From assembly GCA_035602725.1 (NCBI GenBank), contig DATNLT010000049.1:2524-66523 (forward strand): 64,000 bases of DNA, in the 5' to 3' direction. Below the pieces are notes generated by a model. The model saw only the letters and a program-made list of their open reading frames with translations. It was not told the DNA's origin and searched no databases. Made by a program: the position numbers and the translations under genes. The DNA is from Candidatus Acidiferrales bacterium (GTDB lineage Bacteria; Acidobacteriota; Terriglobia; Acidiferrales; UBA7541). This document shows, in pieces, positions 1-9,139 of this stretch. The number at the start of each line of letters is the position of its first letter. Positions within the stretch are counted from its first letter, which is position 1.

Positions 1-612
1 AATTGATCTAGCGCGTTCGCGGGCGATATCGACAATGCGGTTGTCGTTAGCAATCTGCTCGAGGACGGGGAGAAGGCGCTCGGGCTCGGGGATAAGTTTG
101 CGGTCGTAATCGGTCTCGAACGTCATCAGGGCTTCATTCAGCCCCAGCCGGTCATAGCGCATCCGGCGCTGCAATACGAGAATGTGCTCCTGCTGGCGGG
201 TGAGGCCCTCAAAGATCTGATAGAGCTGACTCGCCGAAGGATTGGTAGTGTAATTGAATGTGGTCTCGTGTACTTCCGAACCTTTTTCATAGCGAAACGT
301 TTTGTCGCCCAAGTTTGCAATGCGCCGATGAACATCGAGATCGGCTCCGCGAAAATCATTGAGATCGCCGGCCAGGGCAAAGATTTTCAAACGCAGCGCG
401 TCCCCTATTTCAAAGGGTTGTGGGTCGGCTTCTTCGCTGAGCTGGCGAATGTCAAAAGTACATTTACCGGATTGCGTGACCTTAATTTCCGTAAATTCGG
501 GCACGCTCCCTTTGAAGATTTTCCGGTAGGTGATGACGGCGTCTTGATCCGCCGAGACGCAGGACGCTACGAGCAGAAATAAGACCAGGAAACGCAACGC
601 ATAACGACACAT
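1..612 (-). CDS. hypothetical secreted protein (partial; the 3' end runs off the left window edge)
   Basis: My own reverse-strand translation from ATG at 612 reads MCRYALRFLVLFLLVASCVSADQDAVITYRKIFKGSVPEF... and stays open to position 1. It is absent from the ORF track because there is no stop in the window. It has a signal-peptide-like N-terminus and lies 5 nt downstream of the ruvC stop on the same strand. The + strand ORF 184..582 looks like a shadow frame. Confidence 0.5.
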   Translation of the reverse strand, partial: MCRYALRFLVLFLLVASCVSADQDAVITYRKIFKGSVPEFTEIKVTQSGKCTFDIRQLSEEADPQPFEIGDALRLKIFALAGDLNDFRGADLDVHRRIANLGDKTFRYEKGSEVHETTFNYTTNPSASQLYQIFEGLTRQQEHILVLQRRMRYDRLGLNEALMTFETDYDRKLIPEPERLLPVLEQIANDNRIVDIARERARSI

Positions 613-617
613 GCCGT

Positions 618-1223
618 TCATCTTGCGGAAAGGATGCGGGGAACACGCGGGAGGTTACGCCGCGCCACGCGCGGAGCGGCCAGCAAACGTGCCGGAGCGC
701 CAAAGCGCGCCTCGGCTTGCGCAAAGCGGATGTGACAGAGCGCGACGGCCAGCGCATCAGCAGCATCGCAAGGCTGCGGAAGTGCTTCCAGATCCAAGAT
801 GGCGCGCACCATTTGCTGCACTTGTTCCTTGGCGGCGTGGCCATACCCGGCGATGGTCGCTTTCACTTCGCGCGGAGAATAGCTGTGCACGGGCAGTTCG
901 CGCTGCGCGGCCGCCAAAAGGATCACGCCGCGAACTTCGGCGAGCCGCAGGGCCGTCTTCACGTTAAGGGCGGCGAAAATCGCCTCGAGAGCGACATGCG
1001 CCGGCGTAAATTCATCGATCAGCCTGGCGATTTGAGTATGGATTTCATGGAGACGTCCGGGCAGATCGCGCGCCGCATCGCGCGCGGCGGGAATCACGCC
1101 AAAAGAAATCGAGGTGCAATGGTTTCCGATCGCTTCCACGATGGCATAGCCGGTAGCGCCGGCGGAAGCAGGATCCACACCAAGAACTCGAAATCGCGCA
1201 GGAAGCGAGGATATTTCCGGCAT
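618..1223 (-). CDS. ruvC: crossover junction endodeoxyribonuclease RuvC
   Basis: ORF 618..1424, trimmed to the internal ATG at 1223. It reads MPEISSLPARFRVLGVDPASAGATGYAIVE (RuvC N-terminal catalytic-Asp motif), then EAIFAALNVKTALRLAEVRG and DAADALAVALCH. It sits downstream of yebC, as in many bacteria. Confidence 0.85.
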   Translation of the reverse strand: MPEISSLPARFRVLGVDPASAGATGYAIVEAIGNHCTSISFGVIPAARDAARDLPGRLHEIHTQIARLIDEFTPAHVALEAIFAALNVKTALRLAEVRGVILLAAAQRELPVHSYSPREVKATIAGYGHAAKEQVQQMVRAILDLEALPQPCDAADALAVALCHIRFAQAEARFGAPARLLAAPRVARRNLPRVPRILSAR

Positions 1224-1332
1224 CGCCGCAAGTGTACGGCGTGATAGAAGGCGGGGCCAGAGTTTTCTTGTAATTCGAAGGAAGGACGTAGCGCGGCAGA
1301 TAACGTGCGTTTTCGCCGGAGCCCGGGCAATT

Positions 1333-2082
1333 CTAGGACTCGACGGAGGCCTGCAGTTCTTTTTCGTCCACATCGAAATTCGAGTAGACGTGCTGCACGT
1401 CGTCCTGCTCCTCGAGCAAATCAATCAAGCGGATCATTTGCTGCGCTTGCTGTCCGGAGAGCTTAATGTAGCTTTTCGGGACCATGCCAATCTCGGCAGA
1501 TTCCGGCGTGATGCCACCTGCGACGAGGGCGTCACGCACGGATTCAAACGCATCGGGCGGCGTTACCACCTCCCAAGCGGAGCCATCATCGCGCAAGTCC
1601 TCGGCTCCGGCGTCGAGAGCGATGCCCATGAGCTTGTCTTCGCTGGCGACTTCTTTTGAGACGGAAATCTCGCCCTTACGCTCAAACATCCAGCCGACCG
1701 CGCCGGCTTCGGCCATGTTGCCACCGTTGCGGCTGAAGGCATGGCGGATTTCACTGACGGTACGATTGCGGCTGCTCGTTACGACCTGTACCAGAAGAGC
1801 AATTCCACCAGGACCGTAGCCCTCGAAAGTGACTTCATCGAGCTGCTCGCCTTCCAATTTTCCACTGCCGCGCAAGATGGCGCGCTCGATATTGTCGCTG
1901 GGCATGTTTTCATTCTTTGCGGCGGAAATCGCGGTGCGAAGCCGAGCGTTGGTTGTCGGATCAGCGCCGGCGCGAGCGGCGATGGCAATTTCGCGAATCA
2001 GGCGGGTGAAAATGCGGCCGCGTTTGGCGTCTGTCGCCGCTTTCTTATGCTTGATTGTTGCCCATTTTGAGTGGCCAGACAT
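1333..2082 (-). CDS. yebC: YebC/PmpR family DNA-binding transcriptional regulator
   Basis: The N-terminus MSGHSKWATIKHKKAATDAKRGRIFTRLIREI is the hallmark of the YebC/TACO1 family. The length is 249 aa. Confidence 0.92.
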   Translation of the reverse strand: MSGHSKWATIKHKKAATDAKRGRIFTRLIREIAIAARAGADPTTNARLRTAISAAKNENMPSDNIERAILRGSGKLEGEQLDEVTFEGYGPGGIALLVQVVTSSRNRTVSEIRHAFSRNGGNMAEAGAVGWMFERKGEISVSKEVASEDKLMGIALDAGAEDLRDDGSAWEVVTPPDAFESVRDALVAGGITPESAEIGMVPKSYIKLSGQQAQQMIRLIDLLEEQDDVQHVYSNFDVDEKELQASVES

Positions 2083-2350
2083 GCGAGCGCCTCATTCCGC
2101 GAGATTTCGGGTTGTGCCGCGACCGCGCATAGCGCGATGGCCGCTCTTCAAGAAGAGCCGTACAAAGCCCCTACCCGATAGTCGGCACGCATTTTAGCAT
2201 ACGCACGCCGGGAATCGGAATATGCCGATACCACCCCATTCCGCTCCAAGCCATCCAACTAGATAGGGGTTGAGCCAAACAGGCCGCTATGACGCGGCGA
2301 TAATTGCGCCAAAGGATCTCCGCGGCGCAACGCAGTCTAGGAGGTAAGTG

Positions 2351-3304
2351 ATGAGCCGAAAAGGATTCGCTATTCTTTGTGGGTTTTGCTCCATCCTATT
2401 TATAGCACGCACGAGTCATTCCCAGGACAAGACAGCCACCACCGGCGGCACACCCGTGACCGTGACGGTGACGGCTACGTCCCATGGCAACACGAGCCCT
2501 TCGGCGGTGCCACAGAACGAGGTGGTGGTAAAGCAGCACGATAATGTGCGCCGCATCGTTTCCTGGACGCCGATCCAGCAGGACCAATCCAATCTGGAAA
2601 TCGTGGTGATGCTGGACGATTCACTTTCCACGAGAATTGCCTCGCAGTTCGACGATCTGCGAAATTTCGTCACGACGCTGCCTCCGGACGCCCGCGTGGC
2701 CGTAGTCTACGCGCAGAACGGTTCGGCACATTTCGTACAACCGTTCACAACGGATCACGCCCAGGCAGCCAAGGCGTTTCGCGTGCCACAAGCTGTTCCG
2801 GGGTCGGCGGTTGGGATTTATGATGCGACCCGCGATTTGTTCAAGCATTGGACGCCCACGGAAGGGAGCCGGCATGTGCTCGTCGTCTTGAGCAGCGGCG
2901 TGGATTTGAGCGAAGGCTATCAGGATACGAACCCTGCGCTCAACATGCCCCTGCAACAGGCGGTTGAGGCTGCGCAGCGCGCTCGCGTGGTGGTCTACAC
3001 GATTTATGCGCCCGATCCGGGCCAGGCTTTGCGCGGAGGTTGGCTGAATCTGAACGGACAAGGCAGTCTCGCGGAACTTGCTGCGGAAACCGGCGGACAG
3101 GATTTCTACGAAGGCTCGGGGAATCCCGTATCGTTGCAGCCGTTCTTGCAAAACGTTCACCGTCTTCTGGGCCAGCAGTATCTGCTTACGTTTCTCGCGC
3201 AAGCGGGTCCCAAAGGAGACCTTGTTTCCCTGCGCGTAACCTCTGAACAGAGCGGCATCCAGTTGCACGCACCGCAGCACGTTTACGTGCCAGCAGCTCA
3301 GTAG
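2351..3304 (+). CDS. VWA domain-containing secreted protein (acidobacterial VWFA-related type)
   Basis: ORF 2348..3304. AGGAGG at 2339-2344 lies 6 nt before ATG 2351. The protein has a signal peptide (FAILCGFCSILFIARTSHSQ) and a MIDAS-like LDDSLS motif followed by a VWA-like alternating pattern (VAVVYAQNG, VLVVLSSGVD). Confidence 0.6.
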   Translation: MSRKGFAILCGFCSILFIARTSHSQDKTATTGGTPVTVTVTATSHGNTSPSAVPQNEVVVKQHDNVRRIVSWTPIQQDQSNLEIVVMLDDSLSTRIASQFDDLRNFVTTLPPDARVAVVYAQNGSAHFVQPFTTDHAQAAKAFRVPQAVPGSAVGIYDATRDLFKHWTPTEGSRHVLVVLSSGVDLSEGYQDTNPALNMPLQQAVEAAQRARVVVYTIYAPDPGQALRGGWLNLNGQGSLAELAAETGGQDFYEGSGNPVSLQPFLQNVHRLLGQQYLLTFLAQAGPKGDLVSLRVTSEQSGIQLHAPQHVYVPAAQ

Positions 3305-3361
3305 CGGATTCCATTCCAGTTGGCGATTCTCCCGCGGAAGGTTCGCGGGAGAATTTTTATG

Positions 3362-3389
3362 TTGACACTATATCGTTATGCGCTATATT
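3362..3389 (+). promoter_or_regulatory. sigma70-like promoter candidate upstream of or overlapping the padR start (TTGACA-16 nt-TATATT)
   Basis: TTGACA at 3362-3367, a 16-nt spacer, then TATATT at 3384-3389. If it is used, the transcription start falls near 3396, downstream of the ATGs at 3378 and 3390. Confidence 0.35.
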
Positions 3390-3809
3390 ATGCCGCAAGC
3401 AGATATAGCGTCTACCAATAGAGATTGGCATGAGGGGGCTTGCTTGCCGGACACTCGTTCTCCTGAACCTTTGCTTCCGCTTACATCCGCAGTCTTTCAC
3501 GTGCTGATCGCGCTGGCCGATGGGAATAAGCATGGTTACGCGATCATGAAAGAGGTCACCCGCCTGACCGATGGCGCCGTGAGCCTGACCGCGGGGACCC
3601 TGTACGGAATTCTGCGGCGCTTGGTGAGTGATGGTTTGGTGGTGGAAACCGAGGACCGCCCCGCTCGTGAACTGGATGACGAACGCCGCCGCTACTATCA
3701 CCTAACGGCTTTCGGACGCAGGGTCGCCGTCGCGGAGGCCGAACGTTTGGCGGACATGTTGGCGTTGGCGCGGTCGAAGCATTTGTTGGCCCGCACGGGC
3801 GCGGCGTAA
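3378..3809 (+). CDS. PadR family transcriptional regulator (start uncertain: ATG 3378/3390 or TTG 3444)
   Basis: The winged-helix core AVFHVLIALADGNKHGYAIMKEVTRLTDGAVSLTAGTLYGILRRLVSDGLV is typical of PadR. GAGGGGG at 3432-3438 lies 5 nt before the in-frame TTG at 3444. Confidence 0.85.
   Translation: MRYIMPQADIASTNRDWHEGACLPDTRSPEPLLPLTSAVFHVLIALADGNKHGYAIMKEVTRLTDGAVSLTAGTLYGILRRLVSDGLVVETEDRPARELDDERRRYYHLTAFGRRVAVAEAERLADMLALARSKHLLARTGAA
3381..3410. promoter_or_regulatory. 8-bp inverted repeat CGCTATAT-N14-ATATAGCG (candidate PadR operator)
   Basis: The arms at 3381-3388 and 3403-3410 are perfect reverse complements. The repeat overlaps the -10 element and the predicted +1 of the promoter candidate. 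Confidence 0.35.
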
Positions 3810-3818
3810 GAGGCAAAA

Positions 3819-6458
3819 ATGGAATCGCGAAGAAACCCACTCGCCGATCGAGCCTTTCGGGTTCTGCTACGTTTTTTTCCGTCCGAGTTCCGCGGCGATT
3901 ACGGGCGCGAGATGGAACAGATGTTCCAGCAGCAGCGCCGCGACGCGAGCGAAAAAAAGGCCGGCATACTGCGGCTTTGGGCGGAGACGATTGCGGGTAT
4001 TTTTCGGGTGGCGCCGGCCGAACATGTGGAGATGTTTCGCCAGGATGGCGGCCACGCGCTACGAATGATGCGGCAGAACCTGGGATTTACGATCCTGGTG
4101 GTTTTCATCCTCGCACTGGGCATTGGAGCCAACACGGCCATATTCAGCGTGGTGGATGGAGTGCTGCTGCGACCTCTTCCGTACCGCGATGGCGATCGGC
4201 TGGTGGTCTTGACACAGGAAGCGCCAGGCGCCGGAATTTCGGACCTCAGTTTTTCGGTATCCGAAATTCAGGATTACCGGGAACAGGCGCGCACGGTCAA
4301 GTCGCTCGTGGAATATCACAACATGAATTTTGATTTGATCGGGCAGGGAGAGCCGCGCCGCGTCCAGACGGGTGTAGTGTCGGCGAATTTTTTTGACGTG
4401 CTGGGCGTGAAACCGCTATTGGGTCGCACTTTTGTTCCCGCGGACGAGATACCGGGAGCGCCGGCGGTTTTGGTTTTCAGCTACGAATACTGGAAGCGGA
4501 ATTACGGCGCCGATCCGACGATTGTGGGCCGCACATTTCGGATGAATGACAAGGTCCACACCGTGGTTGGGGTGCTTCCGCCGGTGCCGCAATATCCGGA
4601 CGACAACGACGTTTACATGCCGACGTCGGCATGCCCTTTCCGATCGAATCCGAAATTTATCTCCGACCGAACGAGCCGCATGATGAGCGTGTTCGGACGC
4701 TTGCAGCCGGGCGTGACGCTGGCACAATCGCAGCAAGAGCTCTCCTCCATCGCGCAGCGGATGCAGCAGACCAATCCCGTCGTCTATCCCAAGAATCTGG
4801 GGTACGGTATAACGCCCTCTTTCTTGCAGGCGGACTTAACAAAACGCGCGCGACCGACCTTCCTGATTCTGCTGGCCACGTCGGGACTCGTGCTTTTCGT
4901 GGTTTGCCTAAATGTGGCCAACCTGAGCCTCGCGCGGCAAGTGCGGCGAGAGCGCGAGCTGGCCATTCGTGCTGCGCTGGGCGCGAGCCGAAGCCGCTTG
5001 CTGCGGCAGATGGTGACGGAGAGCATGATCCTTTCGCTGCTGGGCGGCCTGTTGGGAATCCTGCTGGCATGGTGGGGATTGCCGCCGCTGATTGCTTTTG
5101 CGGAGAGATTTACCCCGCGGGCGCATGAAATCGGCCTGGACTGGCGCGTGCTTGTGTTTTGCCTAGGGATATCGTTGCTGGCCGGAATCATTTTTGGATC
5201 GATCCCGGCGAGCGCCTCGCAGATGAATCTCTCGGCGCCGCTCAAGGAAAGCTCCGCGAGCGCCACGATGGGCGTGTCACGGCAGCGGGTTCGGAATCTG
5301 CTGGTGGTGTCACAAGTGGCGCTTTCCTTTGCGCTGCTGGCGGGGGCGGGGCTGATGCTGCGCAGCTTTTACAATCTCACGCGCGTGGACCCCGGGTTCA
5401 AGCCGGAAAATGTTATCTCCATGTTCATTCAACTGGATTGGTCGCGATATCAGAAGGATGCAGATATTGTTGCGTTTCATGACCGCTTGCTGGAGAAGGT
5501 AAACGAGAACCCCGGCGTGGTCTCGGCGGCCATCGCGCGCACCTACCCCCTCAACGAAACGCAGCCGTCTATCGCGAAATTCGAGGTGGATGGCCACAAG
5601 CGCGCCGCCGGCGATGCGCAGCCACGGTTCGATTGGCGGTCGGTAACGCCTGGGTACTTCCGGACGATGGGAATTCCTCTGGATCGCGGGCGCTATTTCA
5701 CCGATGCGGACGGCGCCAAAGCGCCCATCGTGGCAATTATCAACCGGACGATGGCGCGGCACTACTGGCCGGGCGAAGACCCGCTAGGCCATCGAGTGCT
5801 GATCGATGATGGCAAGACTCCGATCATGGTGGTCGGCGTGGTCGGCGATGTGACGCAATACGGCCTAGATAAGCCACCGGCGGACGAATTCTATCTGCCA
5901 GAAGGCCACGTTCCGACGCAAATCGCGAGCTTGCTGGTGCGGACCAGGCAGGATCCGGCTGCTCTGATTCACGAGTTTGTTTCCGACGTGTATGCCATCG
6001 ATCCGCAGCAACCGGTGGCGAAGATCAGAACCGTCGAGCAAGTGCGGTCAGAATCGCTCGCGCCGGCGCGGTTGACGAGCACATTGCTGGGCTGTTTCGC
6101 GTTGCTCGCTTTGGTCATCACAGGAGCCGGAGTGGCGGGCGTGATGGGGTTGGCTGTGAGCCAGCGCGTGAAGGAGATCGGCATTCGCATGGCGCTCGGC
6201 GCGACGCGAGCCGACGTGCTCCGGATGGTACTCGGCCAGGGACTCTTGTTGGTGGGCATAGGTCTCGCGGCGGGCTTCGCGCTTTCGCTGGCGGGCACGC
6301 GATTGATCGGCGGACTGCTTTTCCGCGTACAGCCGAACGACCCGTTGACGCTGGTGGGCGTTACGCTGCTCTTTTTGGCGATTGGGGGCGCGGCCTGTTA
6401 CGGGCCGGCGCGGCGGGCTACGGGAGTGGACCCGCTTACGGCGTTGCGTTCGGAGTAA
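3819..6458 (+). CDS. ADOP-family duplicated FtsX/MacB-type ABC permease (no adjacent ATPase)
   Basis: The protein is 879 aa. It has an N-terminal permease-prefix segment and two copies of a periplasmic domain plus FtsX 4-TM module (RELAIRAALGASRSRLLRQM and KEIGIRMALGATRADVLRMV). It is placed immediately after padR, which is the known ADOP arrangement. Confidence 0.85.
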   Translation: MESRRNPLADRAFRVLLRFFPSEFRGDYGREMEQMFQQQRRDASEKKAGILRLWAETIAGIFRVAPAEHVEMFRQDGGHALRMMRQNLGFTILVVFILALGIGANTAIFSVVDGVLLRPLPYRDGDRLVVLTQEAPGAGISDLSFSVSEIQDYREQARTVKSLVEYHNMNFDLIGQGEPRRVQTGVVSANFFDVLGVKPLLGRTFVPADEIPGAPAVLVFSYEYWKRNYGADPTIVGRTFRMNDKVHTVVGVLPPVPQYPDDNDVYMPTSACPFRSNPKFISDRTSRMMSVFGRLQPGVTLAQSQQELSSIAQRMQQTNPVVYPKNLGYGITPSFLQADLTKRARPTFLILLATSGLVLFVVCLNVANLSLARQVRRERELAIRAALGASRSRLLRQMVTESMILSLLGGLLGILLAWWGLPPLIAFAERFTPRAHEIGLDWRVLVFCLGISLLAGIIFGSIPASASQMNLSAPLKESSASATMGVSRQRVRNLLVVSQVALSFALLAGAGLMLRSFYNLTRVDPGFKPENVISMFIQLDWSRYQKDADIVAFHDRLLEKVNENPGVVSAAIARTYPLNETQPSIAKFEVDGHKRAAGDAQPRFDWRSVTPGYFRTMGIPLDRGRYFTDADGAKAPIVAIINRTMARHYWPGEDPLGHRVLIDDGKTPIMVVGVVGDVTQYGLDKPPADEFYLPEGHVPTQIASLLVRTRQDPAALIHEFVSDVYAIDPQQPVAKIRTVEQVRSESLAPARLTSTLLGCFALLALVITGAGVAGVMGLAVSQRVKEIGIRMALGATRADVLRMVLGQGLLLVGIGLAAGFALSLAGTRLIGGLLFRVQPNDPLTLVGVTLLFLAIGGAACYGPARRATGVDPLTALRSE

Positions 6459-6506
6459 GGCTTGGGCGCGCGGCGACAGCTCGAGAATCATCCGAGGAGT
6501 TAAGAC

Positions 6507-7454
6507 ATGAGAACGGTGCGTTCGTGGTTTGTGTTGCTGATGACGTTGATGAGCTGCGCATTTGCGCCCGGGCTTTTCGCGGCGTCCTCAGCGTGCGGCG
6601 CTCATGGAACGCATGACACGATGCTGGTCTCCACTTCCTGGCTTGCCAATCACATGAGCGATCCTAGTCTGGTGATCTTCTCGGTGGGAGAAAAGAGCGA
6701 TTACGACGAGAGCCATATTCCGGGAGCGCGCTGGCTCGATTACATGCAGACGCACGCGATGAGTGCCACGTCGGGCGGGCAGACACTTACTCTTGAACTC
6801 GCGCCGCCGCAAGAGTTAGCGGAGACGCTAGGCAAATTGGGCGTATCAAACGACTCGTTCATCGTGCTCTATCAGAGCAAAGATTGGGTGTCGCCGACCG
6901 CGCGGATTTACATGACGCTGGACGCCATGGGGCTTGGCGCGCGGACGGCAATCCTGGACGGCGGCTATCCTATTTGGAAGGGCGAGAACCGCACGGTCTC
7001 AACCGAGGTCCCCAGCATTACGCCGAAGACCGTGCAGCTTTGTCCGGTAGGCGACGTGATCGCGAAGTTGCCAGACGTGACCGCTGCGTTGCATCAGCCG
7101 GGTATCGCCATTGTGGACGGTCGCGCTCCCGAATATTATTCCGGGGCGGAACAGGGAATGGGCAAAGCGAAGGGCCACATTCCTGGCGCGGGCAGCGTAC
7201 CTTACACGTCGCTCTTTGACGCTCAGGGTAAGCTGAAGTCACCGGAGGCTCTTGAGGCTTTGTTCCGTAGCGGAGGAGTGAAGCCGGGCGACCGCATCAT
7301 CGCGTATTGCCATATCGGCCAGCAGGCGAGCGCCGTCTATTTCGCGGCGCGGTATCTAGGATATGACGTGCGGCTTTATGACGGCTCGTGGGAAGAGTGG
7401 TCGTCTCACGCGGAATTGCCCAGAGAAAGCGCGCATTCCACTACGCACCCTTGA
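6507..7454 (+). CDS. tandem-rhodanese sulfurtransferase (thiosulfate/3-mercaptopyruvate type) with signal peptide
   Basis: Two rhodanese-like halves. The active-site loop is CHIGQQAS, followed by YDGSWEEWS. The N-terminus MRTVRSWFVLLMTLMSCAFAPGLFAAS looks like a signal peptide. GAGGAG lies upstream of the ATG. Confidence 0.8.
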   Translation: MRTVRSWFVLLMTLMSCAFAPGLFAASSACGAHGTHDTMLVSTSWLANHMSDPSLVIFSVGEKSDYDESHIPGARWLDYMQTHAMSATSGGQTLTLELAPPQELAETLGKLGVSNDSFIVLYQSKDWVSPTARIYMTLDAMGLGARTAILDGGYPIWKGENRTVSTEVPSITPKTVQLCPVGDVIAKLPDVTAALHQPGIAIVDGRAPEYYSGAEQGMGKAKGHIPGAGSVPYTSLFDAQGKLKSPEALEALFRSGGVKPGDRIIAYCHIGQQASAVYFAARYLGYDVRLYDGSWEEWSSHAELPRESAHSTTHP

Positions 7455-7551
7455 CCGAGACTTGGGCGAAGGCGGAACGTCGACCTCTGTACCACTTTGC
7501 TACACGTTCCTACGGACAGTAGATTTCATGCGCCGGCGATGAAACAATTAT

Positions 7552-7914
7552 GTGCCGCACTGTGCGCACATGATTGAACCCTGCCATGCAACGGGCTGTA
7601 AGGTAGAGGTCCCTCCAGAGTTGAGAGGCGAGGGGATGTGTTTGCAGCACTTTACGCTGCGCCTCGAACAGCTTTGTGCGGAACTTCGCCGCGAAACGGT
7701 TGCGGGTTATGCGAGCCATGAGCGCCAAATCGAGATCATTCGTTTTATTGCCAACCAAGGTGAAATGCTGGCGCGGGTCTCCACCAGTGGATTGCACATG
7801 CAGGACGAATTGAAGGCTCGTGTGCTGAGCACCTTTCTGACCTTGATGAATTTGCGGGAAAGTCTCGACCGCGCCGCGCTGCGCACCGCTCCTGGGCGCA
7901 CTGTTCTGCGTTAA
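7552..7914 (+). CDS. hypothetical protein with Cys/His-rich N-terminus
   Basis: A 120-aa ORF with no better competing frame. The N-terminus PHCAHMIEPCHATGCKVEVPPELRGEGMCLQHF is followed by a helical-looking region. I recognise no family. Confidence 0.4.
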   Translation: MPHCAHMIEPCHATGCKVEVPPELRGEGMCLQHFTLRLEQLCAELRRETVAGYASHERQIEIIRFIANQGEMLARVSTSGLHMQDELKARVLSTFLTLMNLRESLDRAALRTAPGRTVLR

Positions 7915-7947
7915 TTTCGAAATAGATCGACACCAGTCTGGATCAGT

Positions 7948-9012
7948 TCAGGCGCCAAGATAGCGTGCATAGAGGGCACGGGCCGCTGCGGGATCCTTCG
8001 TGCCCTTAATAATGGCGCGGCCGTCGCTAAAAACCGTCACCTCGTAAGAATTCACGCTAAAGCGCAGTAAGAAACCATTTTGGCGGACGTTGGCAGCAAC
8101 GGGGGCGAGCTGCTTTTCCAGGGAAACCAGGTCCAGCGCCCGGCCATGCTCGTGAATTTGCACGGAGTCCCGGCCGCACAGCGTGATATGCGGCACGGCT
8201 TCGCCCTCCAAATAACGGAATTCGCGGCGGATGCAGGCTCGGCAGTTGGCGTCACGAACGACTTGCACTGACCGGAACTGCCCGGTCCAGACGTCACAGG
8301 AAACAAGTCTGGTAGCGGGCGGGCGATCCCCCACGAGGGTGAGAATCTTCATCGCCTCGCCTGCGGCCAGAGAAGCTGCTACGCCAGCCGCCGGACCCAG
8401 GACGCCAACCGTGTCGCAGGTATCTTCAAGGCCAGGGGCGCCAGGGGCTTTATCAGGTTCGGCAAGGCAGGCGAGACAAGCAGTGCGCCCCGGATGAATC
8501 GGCAGGGTCACGCCATAGCTCGCGACAACGGCGGAATAAATCCAGGGGATGCGGAGCTTCACGGCAACGTCGTTCACCAGGAAGCGCGTTTCGAAATTAT
8601 CGGTGCCGTCGAGAAGGAGGTCGAATCCCGCGAGCAGATCCTCTGCATTGGCGGGCGTAACGTCGGCGACGATGCCCTCGATTTGGACCCCGGCGTTGAT
8701 GGCCCGCAGGCGCCTTTCGGCGGCAACGGCCTTCGGGAAGGACTCGCGGGCGTCGGCCTCCTCAAAGAGCATTTGGCGTTGGAGGTTCGATTCCTCGACG
8801 AAATCGCGATCGATCACACGAAGAGCGCCCACACCGGCGCGAACCAGCAAATTCGCGATCGCGGTTCCCAAGGCCCCACAGCCAACGAGCGCCACGCGAG
8901 ATGCCAGGAGCCGCTCCTGGCCCCTTTCGCCGATGCCGGTGAACAGAATCTGCCGCGAATATCTTTCGTAGAGTTTGGGTTTCATAGGCTTGAGATGACC
9001 GCGCAGAGACAT
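7948..9012 (-). CDS. ThiF/MoeB/HesA family adenylyltransferase (E1-like) with C-terminal extension
   Basis: YSRQILFTGIGERGQERLLASRVALVGCGALGTAIANLLVRAGVG is the nucleotide-binding motif. The zinc-cysteine pairs CLAC and CRAC are present. The extra C-terminal domain of about 90 aa resembles that of the long Firmicute ThiF/MoeB-like proteins. Confidence 0.85.
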   Translation of the reverse strand: MSLRGHLKPMKPKLYERYSRQILFTGIGERGQERLLASRVALVGCGALGTAIANLLVRAGVGALRVIDRDFVEESNLQRQMLFEEADARESFPKAVAAERRLRAINAGVQIEGIVADVTPANAEDLLAGFDLLLDGTDNFETRFLVNDVAVKLRIPWIYSAVVASYGVTLPIHPGRTACLACLAEPDKAPGAPGLEDTCDTVGVLGPAAGVAASLAAGEAMKILTLVGDRPPATRLVSCDVWTGQFRSVQVVRDANCRACIRREFRYLEGEAVPHITLCGRDSVQIHEHGRALDLVSLEKQLAPVAANVRQNGFLLRFSVNSYEVTVFSDGRAIIKGTKDPAAARALYARYLGA

Positions 9013-9139
9013 GATATCGCCGATGGCTGCGGATTCGTAGGCGGCGCGGACCGCACATCAGGCCTGTGTTGAGACAACACGATTGCCGAGAGCTGTAAAG
9101 GCCACGCAACCGCTTGTGCTAACCTGTCGTCCTCTGGTT

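Noticed and set aside
184-582. A + strand 132-aa ORF at the left edge of the window.
   Set aside because: The opposite strand carries an uninterrupted frame from ATG 612 to the window edge, with a signal peptide and ordinary composition. The + ORF looks like its shadow.
7524-7544. The hairpin TTTCAT-N9-ATGAAA after the rhodanese gene, considered as a terminator.
   Set aside because: The stem is AT-rich and only 6 bp, the loop is 9 nt, and there is no T-tract. It lies just before the next ORF start and is not convincing.
6507-9012. A possible bacterial ubiquitin-like or sulfur-relay 'system' made of the rhodanese, the small protein and the ThiF-type E1.
   Set aside because: The E1 gene is convergent rather than co-oriented. 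No Ubl/ThiS/MoaD, E2 or JAB gene is present. The rhodanese has a signal peptide, so it is in a different compartment. The E1 looks like the ordinary long ThiF/MoeB type with two CxxC pairs.
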